Of a DNA stretch of 64,000 bases, positions 25,901-36,420 are shown one piece after another; the stretch's first letter is position 1, and every line of letters starts with the position of its first letter. The notes under the pieces are model-generated. The model saw nothing but the letters and a program-made list of their open reading frames with translations, was not told where the DNA came from and did not search any database. This DNA comes from Eledone cirrhosa (lineage: Eukaryota). The translations under genes and the position numbers were made by a program. The DNA lies in the NCBI GenBank assembly GCA_964016885.1, contig OZ024743.1, forward strand, positions 339,884,001 to 339,948,000. The letters run 5' to 3'.

Positions 25901-28416
25901 ACCTCAGAAGAGAGAAGAACCCTAGGTGCGTTCCTCATAGCAGGTGTGGAGGAGAATTTCTTATAAAGTCGGCAAATGGTCTGCCAGAAAACTTTCTGAT
26001 CTGAAGTCAGATTACAGCTTAAGACCCAAAGTCTTCCCATATCTTAACTTTGGGCACCTTTGCTGTCTCGGCTACGATTCTTCATGCCTGCTTATACTGC
26101 AAGTGCAACAAGGAGAACTTATTTCCAAGCCAAGCATTGTAGTCCTCCTTGTTTGCTCAGATGGCATCTTTGACATCTTGATTGAACCAAGGGGTTCCCA
26201 CGACACACCAAGCCTCATTTTCCTCCCAGCATTAAACAGCTGAAGTAGAAACTACTGAGCTGAACATTCTCTACTCCGTTTCAACGACCTCAATTTACTC
26301 AGGGAGTTCTCTGAATTTGGAGTAACGTTACTTGACAAAATGGTAGTTGCTGGAAGGTGTGTTTGAGGACTCTACTCCCATGGCCCTCTCAGGAATAAGT
26401 GGGCAAAGTTGAAGTCCAATTGCTTCCATTCATCTCAGTAACAATTAGTTTTTAAGAGCATTAGCAAATATATTCAGTTCAAATATAGTTATTATTTAGT
26501 TTCAGGTCAATCTTGATCAAGGCACTCTAACCATGACTATTCCAACTTTTATTAGGCATAGTGTATTTAATCCTTACGTATAGCTGAATTTAAATACTTT
26601 ATCCATTTGATTCACCATGGAAAATTGTGACTTTGAAAATGTAATTGAATTGTGCTGGTCTCAATAAAATGCACCTAGTATACTCTGTAAAATGTTTAGC
26701 ATTGAGAGGGGCATCCGGCCATAGAAGTCTTTCCAAAATGGAACATATAAGCAGGGCGTGGTCATTTGACTTGTCTTATCCACCACATGCCCACATGGAA
26801 AACAGATGTAGAACAATGAAAATAATGTTGATGCAATAAAATAGCCATAGTATATAGAAAATAGAAGGCATGTGGTTGACTTTGAAAGTATGGGTGACAG
26901 ATAGCATTACATATTGCAAATTAATGAATTATTTTAACCATGTGATGAGAAATAAAATGATGCAAAACTATAAATTCCTTACTGTCAAATAATTATGAAT
27001 TTATTTTTTTTTATAATTAACTAGCTTGTTCAATAAGTTGTACATTTTGACATACTTCTATCTCCTGTGTATTGTTTTTCTATTTAAGAACTGAACGGCA
27101 AAGCGTATCCTAATGACAAAAGTCATGAACAGCCCAGTAAAGGTGGTTCAGAAAAAAAGTGAGTCAATTTAACATTATTATAATTATTTATCAGTAACAA
27201 ACCCACGATTTGGGATTCTCAACCATAATAATCATTTTCTACTTTTGTCACAAAGCCAATAATATGATGGAAGGGGAAAGTCGATTAAATCGAACCCAGT
27301 GCATTACTGGTACTTTATTTTATTGACCCTGTATGGGTGAAAGGCAAAGTTAACCTGGGCAGGTTTTGAACTATATACCGCAACACATTGTCCAACGATC
27401 TACTGTAACTATTAAACCACCCCCCTTAATAATAATAAAAGATTGACAAGATTCCCAGGCCTCATTCACTTAACGAGTTGGGGGGGGGGGGTGAAGCTCA
27501 TCAGATTGGACTGAGGAAACAATGTTTCCATTGGTCTTTCCAATTGCTAAAACTATCTGTTGGTTGCAAATCCAGGAACAACGTAAAATAAAGTGTCTTG
27601 CTCAAGGACATAACGCATTGTTCGGTCTGGGAATCGAAATCACAACCTCAAGATTGCGAATCCAATTCTCTAACTACTCAGCCATGCGCCTTCATTAAAA
27701 GATACCCACTTTTAAACCAGGGATTTTTACCTGTTCAATGTATGAGTTGTACACTGTATACTTTGTTGTAGAAAAATTAGAGCATTTTATATTTTGATTG
27801 CTAAAGGAACATAGTAATATGTTGATAATTTTATCATCAAAACAGGCGTCCTGTTCGAGAGAAACAGATACCAAAATCATATGAGGAAATGCCTCAGCTT
27901 CAAGATAGTGTGAAAAAGGTAAATATTGTAGTCTACTCAATTCCTTTCAATTATGATGGTCATCAATTGAACTGTTATTTTCCATACTGTGACATTGAAG
28001 AATAGGATTTTAACTTTTTAATTCCTTTAAGCTTGAACAGCTGATGTGCCTGAATCATATTTTTTATAGATTTACATATGTACAGCTTGTGGATTAACAC
28101 TTTCCAGTTCTTTAATTTTGTCAAAAATGTCAACAATAAATATAGAATAAATGACACTAAACGGCCTCTGTTTTTGTTATAGAAAATTTTTCTTATCTTT
28201 AAAATAAAAAACCTATCATAATTTGTGAGCGGTTACTTATTCTCTAGTCAGGAGTAACTCCAAGAAATATTGGAATAAATGAAATGTATTTTTCAGTGTA
28301 GGGAAATCAAAGTAAAAAAAGTTAATGTTGTTTCTTCTCCATTTCAGGATTGGACTGATGCCAACAAATTTGACTATTTAAACACTGAAGATGATGACTA
28401 CCAGGATCACTCGTGA
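1906..28416 (+). CDS. EIF4B: Eukaryotic translation initiation factor 4B, whole gene span (16 coding exons, ~621 aa)
   Basis: Phase-consistent exon chain. Conserved eIF4B blocks: MAAS-KKQKKRKGKTCSLNDFL, SWAEE, DRSMLPTAPRAAR, RRM (YIGNLPY / RGFGYVHF), TDTDWR, DRYG-rich region, RPRLNLKPRS, SIFGGARPVDT, PAPPPKENIW, acidic C-terminus. Confidence 0.96.
5151..5300 (+). mobile_element. tRNA-derived SINE, family B (uninterrupted copy)
   Basis: gctgtgtgattaagaag...ggttctattccactgcatggcac...ctactatagcc...gtagatggaaactg. Related copies at ~8255, 9255(-), 14880(-), 18430, 30510(-), 39120(-), 41010(-). Confidence 0.7.
5690..5990 (+). repeat. Tandem duplication, two ~145-155 bp units
   Basis: acccaggagctcattctgacacc...cagtatagtctaaccc is repeated as acccagaagctctttctggcacc...cagtatagtctaaccc. 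Confidence 0.9.
6351..7435 (+). mobile_element. Tc1/mariner-superfamily transposon, internally deleted
   Basis: 34-bp perfect TIR cagggttattcaaaaagaatgaaccgatttcatt with TA flanks. Transposase remnant SPGRPRVS...FSDEATFHL...HERDSPKVNVFCA joins directly to FFLWGYIKNRVY. Confidence 0.93.
7582..7768 (+). mobile_element. tRNA-derived SINE, family A, with TSD
   Basis: ttggcagtatcggtagag...gagttcaaatcccgccga...gcctttcatcc...gataaaataaagtaccag; flanked by attattaagatgg (7569-7581 and 7763-7775). Confidence 0.85.
8274..8367. mobile_element. piggyBac-type MITE (family 2)
   Basis: TTAA|ccctttt...aaaaggg|TTAA. The right end (reverse complement cccttttattaccatatttct) matches the terminus of the piggyBac at 19442. 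Confidence 0.8.
9712..9870 (+). CDS. EIF4B: eIF4B exon 2 (GC donor)
   Basis: ttattcag| GKKQKKRKGKTCSLNDFLADEP...SWAEEAASLDLD |gcaagt; 159 nt, phase 1-1. Confidence 0.88.
11119..11312 (+). CDS. EIF4B: eIF4B exon 3 (RRM start)
   Basis: cttttag| KDFGDIPYKAVIDRSMLPTAPRAARGPDINLDSIPKVGPFIAYIGNLPYDIEQDKVAKFFSKLK |gtaaga. Confidence 0.95.
11429..11533 (+). CDS. EIF4B: eIF4B exon 4 (RRM RNP1)
   Basis: tgttag| VSEIILPVDKGSRGFGYVHFSDKESLVEALSMNDD |gtaagt. Confidence 0.95.
12113..13895 (-). mobile_element. Non-autonomous Helitron, interrupted by a piggyBac
   Basis: On the minus strand: 5' A|TCTATATATC with (CTGT)n near the 5' end; 3' degenerate hairpin cccaagcaacaccggg, then CTAG|T. Confidence 0.75.
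12572..13634 (-). mobile_element. Internally deleted piggyBac (PGBD4-like transposase N-terminus)
   Basis: TTAA|cccttta...taaaggg|TTAA. Minus-strand ORFs read ESSDTDFEGF...DYFFLFLPQTFFEVVAEEINRY and EMQAFFTINIMFGIKQFPRLWNYWSTD. Confidence 0.85.
14380..14572 (-). mobile_element. Degenerate RTE LINE fragment (PHD-RTE family)
   Basis: Minus strand RVRTGWKFKDLLPLLTTKCLSLRMKGRLYDA matches ~59437-59530. Confidence 0.8.
14734..14779 (+). CDS. EIF4B: eIF4B exon 5 (RRM end)
   Basis: ttttcag| MLHGRKIRIDLPGNT |gtaagt. Confidence 0.92.
15371..15442 (+). CDS. EIF4B: eIF4B exon 6
   Basis: cttttaag| DRDVRRGGMHDHFDRTDTDWRRPR |gttagt; contains the conserved TDTDWR. Confidence 0.9.
15847..16251 (+). CDS. 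EIF4B: eIF4B exon 7 (DRYG-rich domain)
   Basis: tttcag| DEDDEGGGGRGFDRGRDQYGDRDRF...GSRYGSREGG |gtgagt; 405 nt. Confidence 0.94.
16110..16190 (+). repeat. Coding 24-nt tandem repeat (GDRERGYG x3)
   Basis: ggtgatcgtgagagaggttatggt-like unit, three copies plus a partial one, inside exon 7. Confidence 0.9.
18319..18373 (+). CDS. EIF4B: eIF4B exon 8
   Basis: ttaccag| GYNRRSDRGFERKGFGNE |gtttgt (phase 2); an alternative internal donor lies at 18364. Confidence 0.8.
18454..18670. mobile_element. piggyBac-type MITE (family 1)
   Basis: 16-bp perfect TIR ccctttagcatttaaa with TTAA TSDs. Homologous copies at ~31893-32086, 61777-62005 and 62477-62681. Confidence 0.92.
19111..19136 (+). CDS. EIF4B: eIF4B exon 9 (26-nt micro-exon)
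   Basis: ctttttcag| (S)DPSRESSS |gtgagt; strong splice sites, phase 2-1 bridging exons 8 and 10. Confidence 0.75.
19442..21990 (-). mobile_element. Near full-length decayed piggyBac transposon (PGBD4-like)
   Basis: TTAA TSDs and 14-bp TIR ccctttcgttacca. Frameshifted transposase: YDPLFKIRPLID, LSIDEGM, KPTKWGFKVW, YNRYMGGVDRM, and a C-terminal Cys-rich domain (CRECL...FQCAFCKVALC). Confidence 0.95.
22931..23138 (+). CDS. EIF4B: eIF4B exon 10
   Basis: atattag| DPPKDRPRLNLKPRSTT...SIFGGARPVDTSQREKEIEARIRRE...NNYY |gtgtgt. Confidence 0.94.
24094..24203 (+). CDS. EIF4B: eIF4B exon 11
   Basis: cccttcag| RSNDRYSSSQFPAKGERDSSRRDKRQSGGSSSSSQGK |gtataa; phase 2-1. Confidence 0.85.
25187..25401 (+). 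CDS. EIF4B: eIF4B exon 12
   Basis: aaatag| AQNQPRTRCDS...KMVPAPPPKENIWERRK...SRNQ |gtttgt. Confidence 0.9.
25587..25632 (+). CDS. EIF4B: eIF4B exon 13
   Basis: tttgcag| KQYDSSKRGEEASEN |gtaaat; phase 0-1. Confidence 0.8.
25795..26320 (-). mobile_element. RTE LINE fragment (Rex3/Expander-like family)
   Basis: Homologous to 55150-55690; both read FWQTI.RL..K.SSTPA and have similar DNA. Confidence 0.8.
27089..27158 (+). CDS. EIF4B: eIF4B exon 14
   Basis: tatttaag| ELNGKAYPNDKSHEQPSKGGSEK |gtgagt; phase 1-2. Confidence 0.78.
27575..27694 (-). mobile_element. SINE family C
   Basis: aaataaagtgtcttgctcaaggaca...gggaatcgaa...taactact. Related copies at ~35135, 42435, 60690, 62915 and 63830(+). 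Confidence 0.7.
27846..27918 (+). CDS. EIF4B: eIF4B exon 15
   Basis: aacag| KRPVREKQIPKSYEEMPQLQDSVKK |gtaaat; phase 2-0. Confidence 0.8.
28348..28416 (+). CDS. EIF4B: eIF4B exon 16 (last coding exon)
   Basis: atttcag| DWTDANKFDYLNTEDDDYQDHS*; resembles the eIF4B C-terminal K-aromatic-xxL plus acidic tail. Confidence 0.88.
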   Translation, partial: DWTDANKFDYLNTEDDDYQDHS

Positions 28417-28900
28417 AAAAGTTTTCAATTGTGAAAATTTACAAGCCATATTTAGTTTCCTCGTTTCCCGTTTAAAACATCCAAAACGCTCTCCTTTTCT
28501 CTCTTACTTTAGTAGTTGCTCAACACTATTCAGCTAGTGTACCATTTTTTTTTAATCAATGCAAGTCTGGCCAACATGATTCAATAGGGAAAAGCCAAAC
28601 AAACACACTCCTTAATAGCGAAAAGCCAAACAAAAAAAAAATTAATCTTCCAAAGTTAACACTTCTGTTTTTGTATACTGTAAATTATTCTGCATTTAAT
28701 ATTGCAAATGCTGTCTTCAGACTAAACTGATGAGGTTTGAAGTTAACTGTTTGTACCATCATTATTTGGATTTAGTTCCTTTAATCTTCTTTCTCTCTCA
28801 GGAGGTTGGTTTATCTTACAAAAAAGAAAAAAAAAAAGAATGCCTTCAGAAAAAAAAACTCAATGCAATATCTGATCTGGTGAGTTTTATCTTTGGTTTG

Positions 28901-28949
<49 letters not shown>

Positions 28950-28958
28950 ATATTTACA

Positions 28959-29037
28959 CAGGGTGTCCCCCAAAAAGGTATACACACTTCAATAGCATTA
29001 TAATCAAAGTGTGTATACATTTTGGGGGGACTGCCTG
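28959..29037. mobile_element. 79-bp Tc1/mariner-type mini-MITE (hairpin) in the probable eIF4B 3' UTR
   Basis: 31-bp inverted arms cagggtgtcccccaaaaaggtatacacactt / aagtgtgtatacattttggggggactgcctg, inside (TA)n. Confidence 0.8.
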
Positions 29038-30057
29038 TATATATGTGTGTGTGTGTATATATATATATACATATATATTTAAGGAGGTTAATCTCTTGAA
29101 ATGATTATGGCAATATAGATGTGTGTATATACATATACATACATACACACGCACTTTCCCGACAGAGTACTATTAAGATTTATAGGTATTTAATGTTTCT
29201 GTTTGTAAATGATTTTGATGGTACATTGAAGTAAGCTTCGTCTCTTGTTGCAACATTACATCAGATGTGTTTGTTACATACATGAAAGGCCTTTAGTATC
29301 TCAGTAACAGCATATTTTGTTATGCTTCGGTATCAGTGCATATGCACACACACAGACTGGATGAAGGTGTGTGATTCAGTTTATCAAACCAGGTGTTAAA
29401 GAGTCCATAAACTTTGACAATTGTTATGACAGCAATGCTTCTTTACTTCTTAAACCTTCCACATATCTACACTGATATAATTTGACTCTTAAGTAAAGTA
29501 AATTTTGTTCCACTGTTTAACTCTTCAACCTTACTTCTACTAACTGTTGTCTGCCTGCAGGATAGGTTGTGCTTTTATAGTTTGCTTCATAGGAAACCAT
29601 TGTCATGTTCTTTGGTTGGTCAGACTAGATAAGTACTTGCTAAAGTAAGTAGACAAACAGTGTAGCAAAAGGGACGAGGTTCTATGTAAATTAATGCCAG
29701 TTTGTCCTGTGACTTTGGCACATAAACACCCTGCAACACCCCATCCTGGTTTAATACTGGTTTGTGTTCAAATGCGCAGAATATATTTTCTAAAGAAATG
29801 TGTAATTAAAATTGTCAAGAAAAAAAATTGCTAAGAAATTAAGCCTTTTTCTTTTGTTCTTTTTATGTTTATACCTTAGACTCATTCATTCCTCTTCTCT
29901 CAAGTTCAAACTTTCCCTCTCTGCCTCTTCCTCCTATTTCTCTTGCCTCTTCCTATCATCCCTATATCACTTGTTACATTTATTGCCCCGTCCCCTCCTC
30001 CCACCAGATTGAAAACTGTCAGTAAATACAAATGTGATTTCTGAAATTGATGGATTT

Positions 30058-30145
30058 GAAAATAAAAAATAAAATTATTAAAAATAATACATTTAAACAA
30101 TTTTTTTTTAAATTATTTTTAATGTGTAATATTTGTATTGTATTT
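30058..30145 (+). terminator. Candidate polyadenylation signal for eIF4B
   Basis: Tandem AATAAA at ~30061 and ~30068, followed by T/GT-rich sequence. No transcript evidence. Confidence 0.35.
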
Positions 30146-32171
30146 CATTTTGATGATGAGTAATGAAAAATGACAAAAAATTGATGTCTTTACAAAATAT
30201 TTTTGAATTTTTCTACATTCAAGTTTTTTGTTAGCATATACTCTTTTATTGATTTCAGTCATCAGGCTACAGCCTTCTTTGATTTAGTTGATCACATCAG
30301 CCTCTTATCAAATCCGGTTCTTATTTTACTGATTTCTCTTTTATTGAGCCTCTGAATTACAGGACACTGGCAGACAAACACAAATGTAAACATACATATC
30401 ATCCTTTTTGTGTCTAATGATATGTATATGTGTGTTTGTGACCTGTAGCTTAGCAGTTCAGCAAAAAGCACTTGATAAAATAAATACCAGATTTGAAAAT
30501 GAATATATATGACTGGCTTCTACAGTTTTCTTATTTTAAATTCCACTTAGGGCATTGGTCAACCCGTGGCTATAGCAGACAATTGCCCAAGGTGCAACTC
30601 AGTGTGACTGCATCCAGATCCATCATCAAGTAAATCAAGGCAATATGGTTTTGATGGTTCAGTAAACCTTGAGTACCAGTCAACCAAGATCCACATAACA
30701 AATATAACTCTGCTTCATGCACATAGTCACCCTATCAGTAAATAAATGTTTTTATACTTATCAATCTATGAACTAACCTCTCTCACTCTCTCTCTCTTTA
30801 TATATATATATATGATGTATTTCCAGCTTTCCTACACTTCATGCCATAAGTTCTGTTACTAGCATATTACTACTGATAAGATCAATCAACTACCATCTAG
30901 GATTTTCCTTTCACATTCTATGGAACTCTGCTACAATAAAAACAAAGAAACATTAGTCTAACTCTTTTATCTCCCTTCTATATTCATAAATGTTGGTCAT
31001 TATACAACTATATTACTAGATAAGATTGCAGTTTTTTACTTTAAATAAGACAGGCAAAGATAACTGCATGCTACTTATATAACAAAATTAGTTCTAGGGC
31101 CAATGTGATCGACTTTAAGGTGTTACCACATTTAAATGATTGAAATCAGTAAAAGAATATACATGCATTCTACGCATGTGCAAAACATGCAGTTTTTAAT
31201 CAGTCAGCTGTAATCCTAATTTAAAAGCTTCAGTCATAGATCAGAAAAACATGATTCCATAACATTGCTAGACTATTGGCCAAGTTTGGGACTATTTCAG
31301 TTAAATGTGTGTACCATTTTTTTTTTCAACAAGTTATAAATGGTATTTATGAAAAACAGGTGAAAGGCTGAACCTAAAATGATAAAAGGATACGAATTAT
31401 GTATGGATATTTTTGTATGTCTCATTGATTTTGGAGATGGAAATACTGACAAGCTGGATCTCTCCGGTAAAAATAGGTCCATGGTTGTTAGCGAGCTTAT
31501 GGAAGAAACCATAAAGTGGTTGGCATTAGGATTGGCAACATCCAACTGTAGAAGACTTTCCGAACAGTGTTGAGAGGACTTCAGTTGGGTCAAGAGCATG
31601 ACAACCTCCTTAGTGCTGGTGTCATGATAAAGTGCACCCAGTATACTCTGTAAATTGGTTAGTGTTAGAAAGAGCATTCAGCTGCAATTCTCGTTTTTTT
31701 TTTGCTCAAATCTTTACATAAAACTTGTACTGAACTTTTTCTTTATTTATCTATCTAGAACCTAATTTTATATGCCCTGTTATTATTGGTGTTTTCTGTA
31801 GTAAAAAAAATAAGTCCAGCTTAGTTACCAATTCAGTTCAATTTTTTAATTCCATCGCCATCTTCTAGTCACTTGTTTAATTGGATTTGATTTTAAACCT
31901 GCCATATCCGGCCAGAATTCTCTCACATTTTTCTGTTTAAACTGGCTGTAACCAGCCACTCATACTGATGTTAAGGTATTGTTGTCAAAATAAATAATAT
32001 CAGTATCTCATAGAGTTGATATTATGTAAGAATTTTGTGAGGTAAAGCCTTTACTGTGAAAATATATAGTTTTATAAATGTTAAAGGAGTCAGGTTGCTT
32101 GACTTTATTTTGCTACTAACTGTGTATGTATGTTGGTAATACTTGGATATGAACCAGTGAATTGGCAGAAG

Positions 32172-32570
32172 TGTTAATGTCTGGTGAAATACCTGACAGT
32201 ATTCTGGTTCCTTGAGTTCAAATCCCCAAAAGGTTGACTTAGCTTTTCATCCTTCTGGGATCAATAGAGTAGCAATCTATAGCCATGGACTTGTAGTTAT
32301 TACAGACTCAGATAGGTTGCCATGTTGTATTTGATCCTGCATTCTGAGTTCTATGTTCAAATCCCCCTATAACATATTTGGGTGGTAGACTTAATCCACT
32401 GTACAGTTTAAAACTACCACATGGTTAATGGGTGCCTTTCATGACTCTAGATACCTTTAATCTTCCTCCTTACTAAATGATAAAAAATAATTTCCTGTCA
32501 AACAAAGGTCTGAGAGAACTTTTTGGTTGTTTCAAGGGCACAGCAGCCTCCATAGTGCTGGTGCCACAAT
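32172..32570 (+). repeat. ~400-bp direct repeat of 46183-46615
   Basis: Long shared stretches, e.g. caatctatagccatggacttgtagttattacagactcagataggttgccatg and ccttactaaatgataaaaaata...tttcctgtcaaacaaaggtc. Confidence 0.9.
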
Positions 32571-32599
32571 AAAATCCACTTGGAACAGGTGTGAAAAAT

Positions 32600-33400
32600 A
32601 TATAGGTACCCAGCCTGTCTGAAAGGTTAATAGTTCTGATTAAGTACTGACTTCGGCCATGTTTATGGGAGCAAATTTAGTTGTATAAAAGAACTGGATG
32701 ACTGATTTATTGTGAAAGAAAAATCTTGAACTAAAGAAATTTCAATAATATGAACTCTAACATCCAATTCACTATGGATTTCAGCAATGAAAAACTTCCT
32801 TTCTTAGACATACTAATAGCAAAACATCTTTTTATATCTTCTCATCCAATATTCCCCTTAACGTAGCTGAGCAAATCTGCACAATAATCTCAAGCCCAAC
32901 AACAAGAGAGCACAGACTAGAAAAGATGAAGAAAATACTCTGAGTCTAATCAATAGTAGCATTCAAAAAGCAAGACAAATTAATATCCAAGTACATCGAG
33001 AAATAAAAAGGTCATACCATACATTTCAACTTTTAACCCAAAGAACACAAATCTACACACAACTAAACCTACCTATCCTACTAAAGTACAAAAATACCCA
33101 ATGATAAAAAATGACAGCTTAAGTCACTAAAAATGATACTAACAAATGCAAAGTGAAAAATTAAACCAACCTAACAGGGGTGTGCAACTATTAGAAGGAC
33201 CCATTTTCAAAATTAAAAATGACACCTCGTGCAACTCAGAAAACTTAATATATATATATTATAACATGGAAAAATTGCCATGAACACTACATTGGCCAAA
33301 ACAGATTAACACGATAAAGAATGACTGTTCACCGCCAGAAAATTAGGTTATCCATACACAAGATCCTTCTTAGCCAATATATAGATTTTCCCAACCTTTT
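32600..33400 (+). mobile_element. Decayed Penelope-like element
   Basis: RT remnant NSNIQFTMDFSNEKLPFLDILI and GIY-YIG remnant SCNSENLIY...CHEHYIGQ. Confidence 0.75.
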
Positions 33401-34059
33401 TTTTCAGCCAGCACAAACTTTTTTGTTTAACATCCCCTGTCAAATTAAATTTCAAATAATTTACTGAATTCATCTTGCATAGAAAGATGACACTTAGGTA
33501 TTAGTACAAAAGTAATTTAAATATTGTCTTGATTTTCCAAAGCCCAAAACTGGTTTTAGCTGAGGTCTAATTTTATAATTAAAACAAATTCAAAATTTAA
33601 ATTTCAGAACATAAAACTTACTGTTATCTGTTGTATCGCTGCAGTTCAAATGGGTACAAAACCTAAAACAAATGTGTGTTTGGGCCTTTAATCGCCAGGG
33701 GTCAATTTAAGTTCAATCGCAGAAAGGAATTCAAAACAGCAACACAGTCACACACATACATATCAGCCACTCCCAAAAGCCAGTTTCATCCAAAATTCTG
33801 ACCACCATTCTTTATATATTTGCACACAATTTTTTTCTTTTAGTCGTCACCATTCATTTGTTTTGGCTTTGGGGGTTTCACTTTAGCAACACTAGTTACA
33901 CATGGTGCCAGGAATTTGCTTGTTGTTGCCAAAGTGGAAAAGTGTTTTTTAGATATTTGAAAATTTGAAAGAAAAAAAAAAAAAATCGATAAATGCCCAG
34001 CGAACTTTACCCCAAATTTCAATGTCTTGCCAAAGAAAATTTTTTTTATAGAAAAATTT

Positions 34060-34300
34060 AGGCCAAAGCTTCCTTGGTCTTCCTATTCCATAGCTTCCAT
34101 CAACTTTGAGCGCCCTGCACCTTATTGTACAACTGTCACCCTTCATATGCATCACATGTCCATACCAACACATTCTCCTCCCCTCTTATGCCCTGTTTCT
34201 CTCTCAGTTCATTTACTATTACACATCCATCAAAGCATGCCAGCTTCCATTTCTTTCCAATTTTCACAAGTCCTCTGCTCACAGCAAGGTCCTTCATGAC
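34060..34300 (-). mobile_element. RTE LINE 3' fragment (PHD-RTE family)
   Basis: WYGHVMHMKGDSCTIRCRALKVDGSYGIGRPRK matches WYGHVMRMKDDSCITKCRAIKIDGSHGVSRPRK at ~59734-59830. Confidence 0.85.
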
Positions 34301-34369
34301 TGAAATAACATAGAAGCTCATATACTCAAGCACCACCTTTGCTGGGCAGGATACCTGATGTGCTTGAAT

Positions 34370-34470
34370 GAAAGACGTAACCCCAAGCAGATGCTTTACG
34401 GAGAGCTTGCTGAAAATAAATGGTCTCGGCAAAAACCTAAGAAGCGTTTCAAGGACTATGCCAAAGACTT
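34370..34470 (+). mobile_element. RTE (BovB-like) LINE fragment
   Basis: RNPKQMLYGELAENKWSRQKPKKRFKD, a typical RTE C-terminal motif. Confidence 0.6.
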
Positions 34471-34658
34471 GCTGTTGCAATTTGATCTCAGAGCTTGTGA
34501 GAGTAGTAAATAAATAGTGATGGAAGAGAGAAGGCAGTTGGGTGGGAAAGGAAAATGACAAATATGTATAATGAGTGTAGTGGGGATTTAAAGGGGTGAT
34601 GTGAAGGAAAGAAAGGGTGCTAAAGTATGTCATGAGTGTATGACTACTGTGATGGGAT

Positions 34659-34728
34659 CAGTGCTAGATTTAGGAAAAATAGCGGATAGGCTCCCCTGTG
34701 CTTAAGCACAATGGTAAATCCAGCACTG
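34659..34728. mobile_element. 70-bp hAT-type MITE
   Basis: TIR cagtgctagattta / taaatccagcactg with a perfect 8-bp TSD gatgggat on both sides. Related degenerate copy at ~42705-42851. Confidence 0.85.
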
Positions 34729-35239
34729 GATGGGATTTGGTTGTTGTAAGAGATTAAAGGCATGTGGAGAGGTACAATAATGACTAGAACAGATATTAGG
34801 GAGCTATGACTGATGTGGTGGAACTTAATAGGTTGGTGTATGAGTGAAAGAACATAGAGGTAATTCTGGATAGGAATTGATTTTTTTTTTTGTTGGGGTG
34901 GGCAGTCAAGCTAAGGTGAAAATGGAACATATGAGCAAGACAGTTATCTGACCTGTCTGTCAACCCTCAGAACCTGATAACCTGTCTAACCCATGCAAGC
35001 ATGGAAAATAGACAAAAACAGTGATGATCAATTGACAAGATCCCAGACCTCATTTGCTTGCCATCAAATCAGACCAAGGAAACAATGTTTCCATTGCTGA
35101 TACTATCTACTGGTTGCAACTCCTGGCAGAAGGAGCAATGTGAAATAAAGTATTGCTGAAGGACACAATAAATATATACTTTTGGAAGCATTTCATCTGA
35201 GCCAAATTAATTAGAATTAGTTTTGCCTTCCTGGTATGA

Positions 35240-35580
35240 TAAAGTGGAAGCCAACTCGTCTCCGAGTTATTCATGCTGCTGTCACTGGTGTTGCTTTAGA
35301 TGGCTCATCAAACCAGAGACTGATTTACATGTCATAGCAAATAGTGTGCAGGTATGTTTCCAGCTTTTCTTGAGTTTGAGTGGTGTGACATGCTTTGTGG
35401 TGTTTGTTAGCCCACCTGCAGAGTGACGCTCTTTGGTACAGATGCCACTTGGAAAATCAAGGTGAATGGAGTACTCAAATGTGTTATTTCCATGAGTATG
35501 ACGTCTGCTATAGCTTGATATACATACACGTTTGTATTCCTCGCTGGAAAGAGTCTCTTTCGAACTCTGTTCTGGGAACG
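35240..35580 (-). mobile_element. RTE-like LINE 3' end with degenerate C2H2 finger
   Basis: Minus-strand frame ends HTCTLFAMTCKSVSGLMSHLKQHQ*, resembling the terminal zinc finger of RTE ORFs. Confidence 0.5.
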
Positions 35581-35859
35581 TATGAAGCGAATTTTGAGAA
35601 AAATTGGTGGCGCGGGGGACACTACAAGATAAGTGTCTTTTAATAAAATTTTATAAAAATGTATATATTTTATAAGAATACATTTTTTAAAATATTTGTT
35701 TTATTTAAATTAGAGGGGTGGAGATTATCCGTAAAATATATGAATGAGTTCATGGGGTAAATCATATAAAAAGTTCTGCGATAAAATATGTTTAGGAACT
35801 ATTGGTGTTAGAAAATATTTGCATACTTTCACTGTTCTATTTACTAAAGAAGGCGTTTT

Positions 35860-36420
35860 GATTTCTAACTTTGGGAGACGTCCACAAATTCGCGATGAGG
35901 ATAAAGTCGATGCTTACAAATTTCGTCATAGTACGAACGCGCATAAGTATGTATAGATACACATTTCAGATACTAGTGTTTTATTTTGTTACATTCATTG
36001 TTTTGTACGTCCCATCTCCTTATCCATATGGAGCAGTCATTACTTTTTAATGAATTCGTATAATTGGAAGAGTTCACTATGGTAACAGTTATATATTTTA
36101 TTGCATTATAAATACTGACAGTTTTTACATCTATATCAGTTGAACACAGCTTGATTGAGGTAAGCCATATTTATATATAATCAATGAATGTATTTTAATA
36201 GTTGTTTTACTTTTAAACTAAATTTATTTTGGTTCACCAACATGCTATCGCTAAACGCTCTTTGAGGTGTTTTTATTACCTTTGTTATGGATTTCACTAG
36301 AAGACTGCTTCAAGATAATGCTGCGAGCATGTTGGCTTGCCTGAAAATGTGCAGTTCACCCGTAAGGTGTAAGTTGCAGCCGATTATCACACTTGGTGGT
36401 GAATTTCCGCCCGACCCTTT
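35860..36420. promoter_or_regulatory. CpG-retaining probable promoter, with a candidate non-coding first exon of the TRIM gene ending at 36159
   Basis: CpG-rich island-like zone; strong donor GAG|gtaagc at 36160; RFX X-box-like TTCACTATGGTAAC at 36073-36086. Confidence 0.45.

Noticed and set aside
28730-29154. ORFs in the supplied track (YIYIYI-rich) and most other 60-130 aa ORFs
   Set aside because: They arise from microsatellites, SINEs or the antisense strand of real ORFs, and many rely on non-ATG starts.
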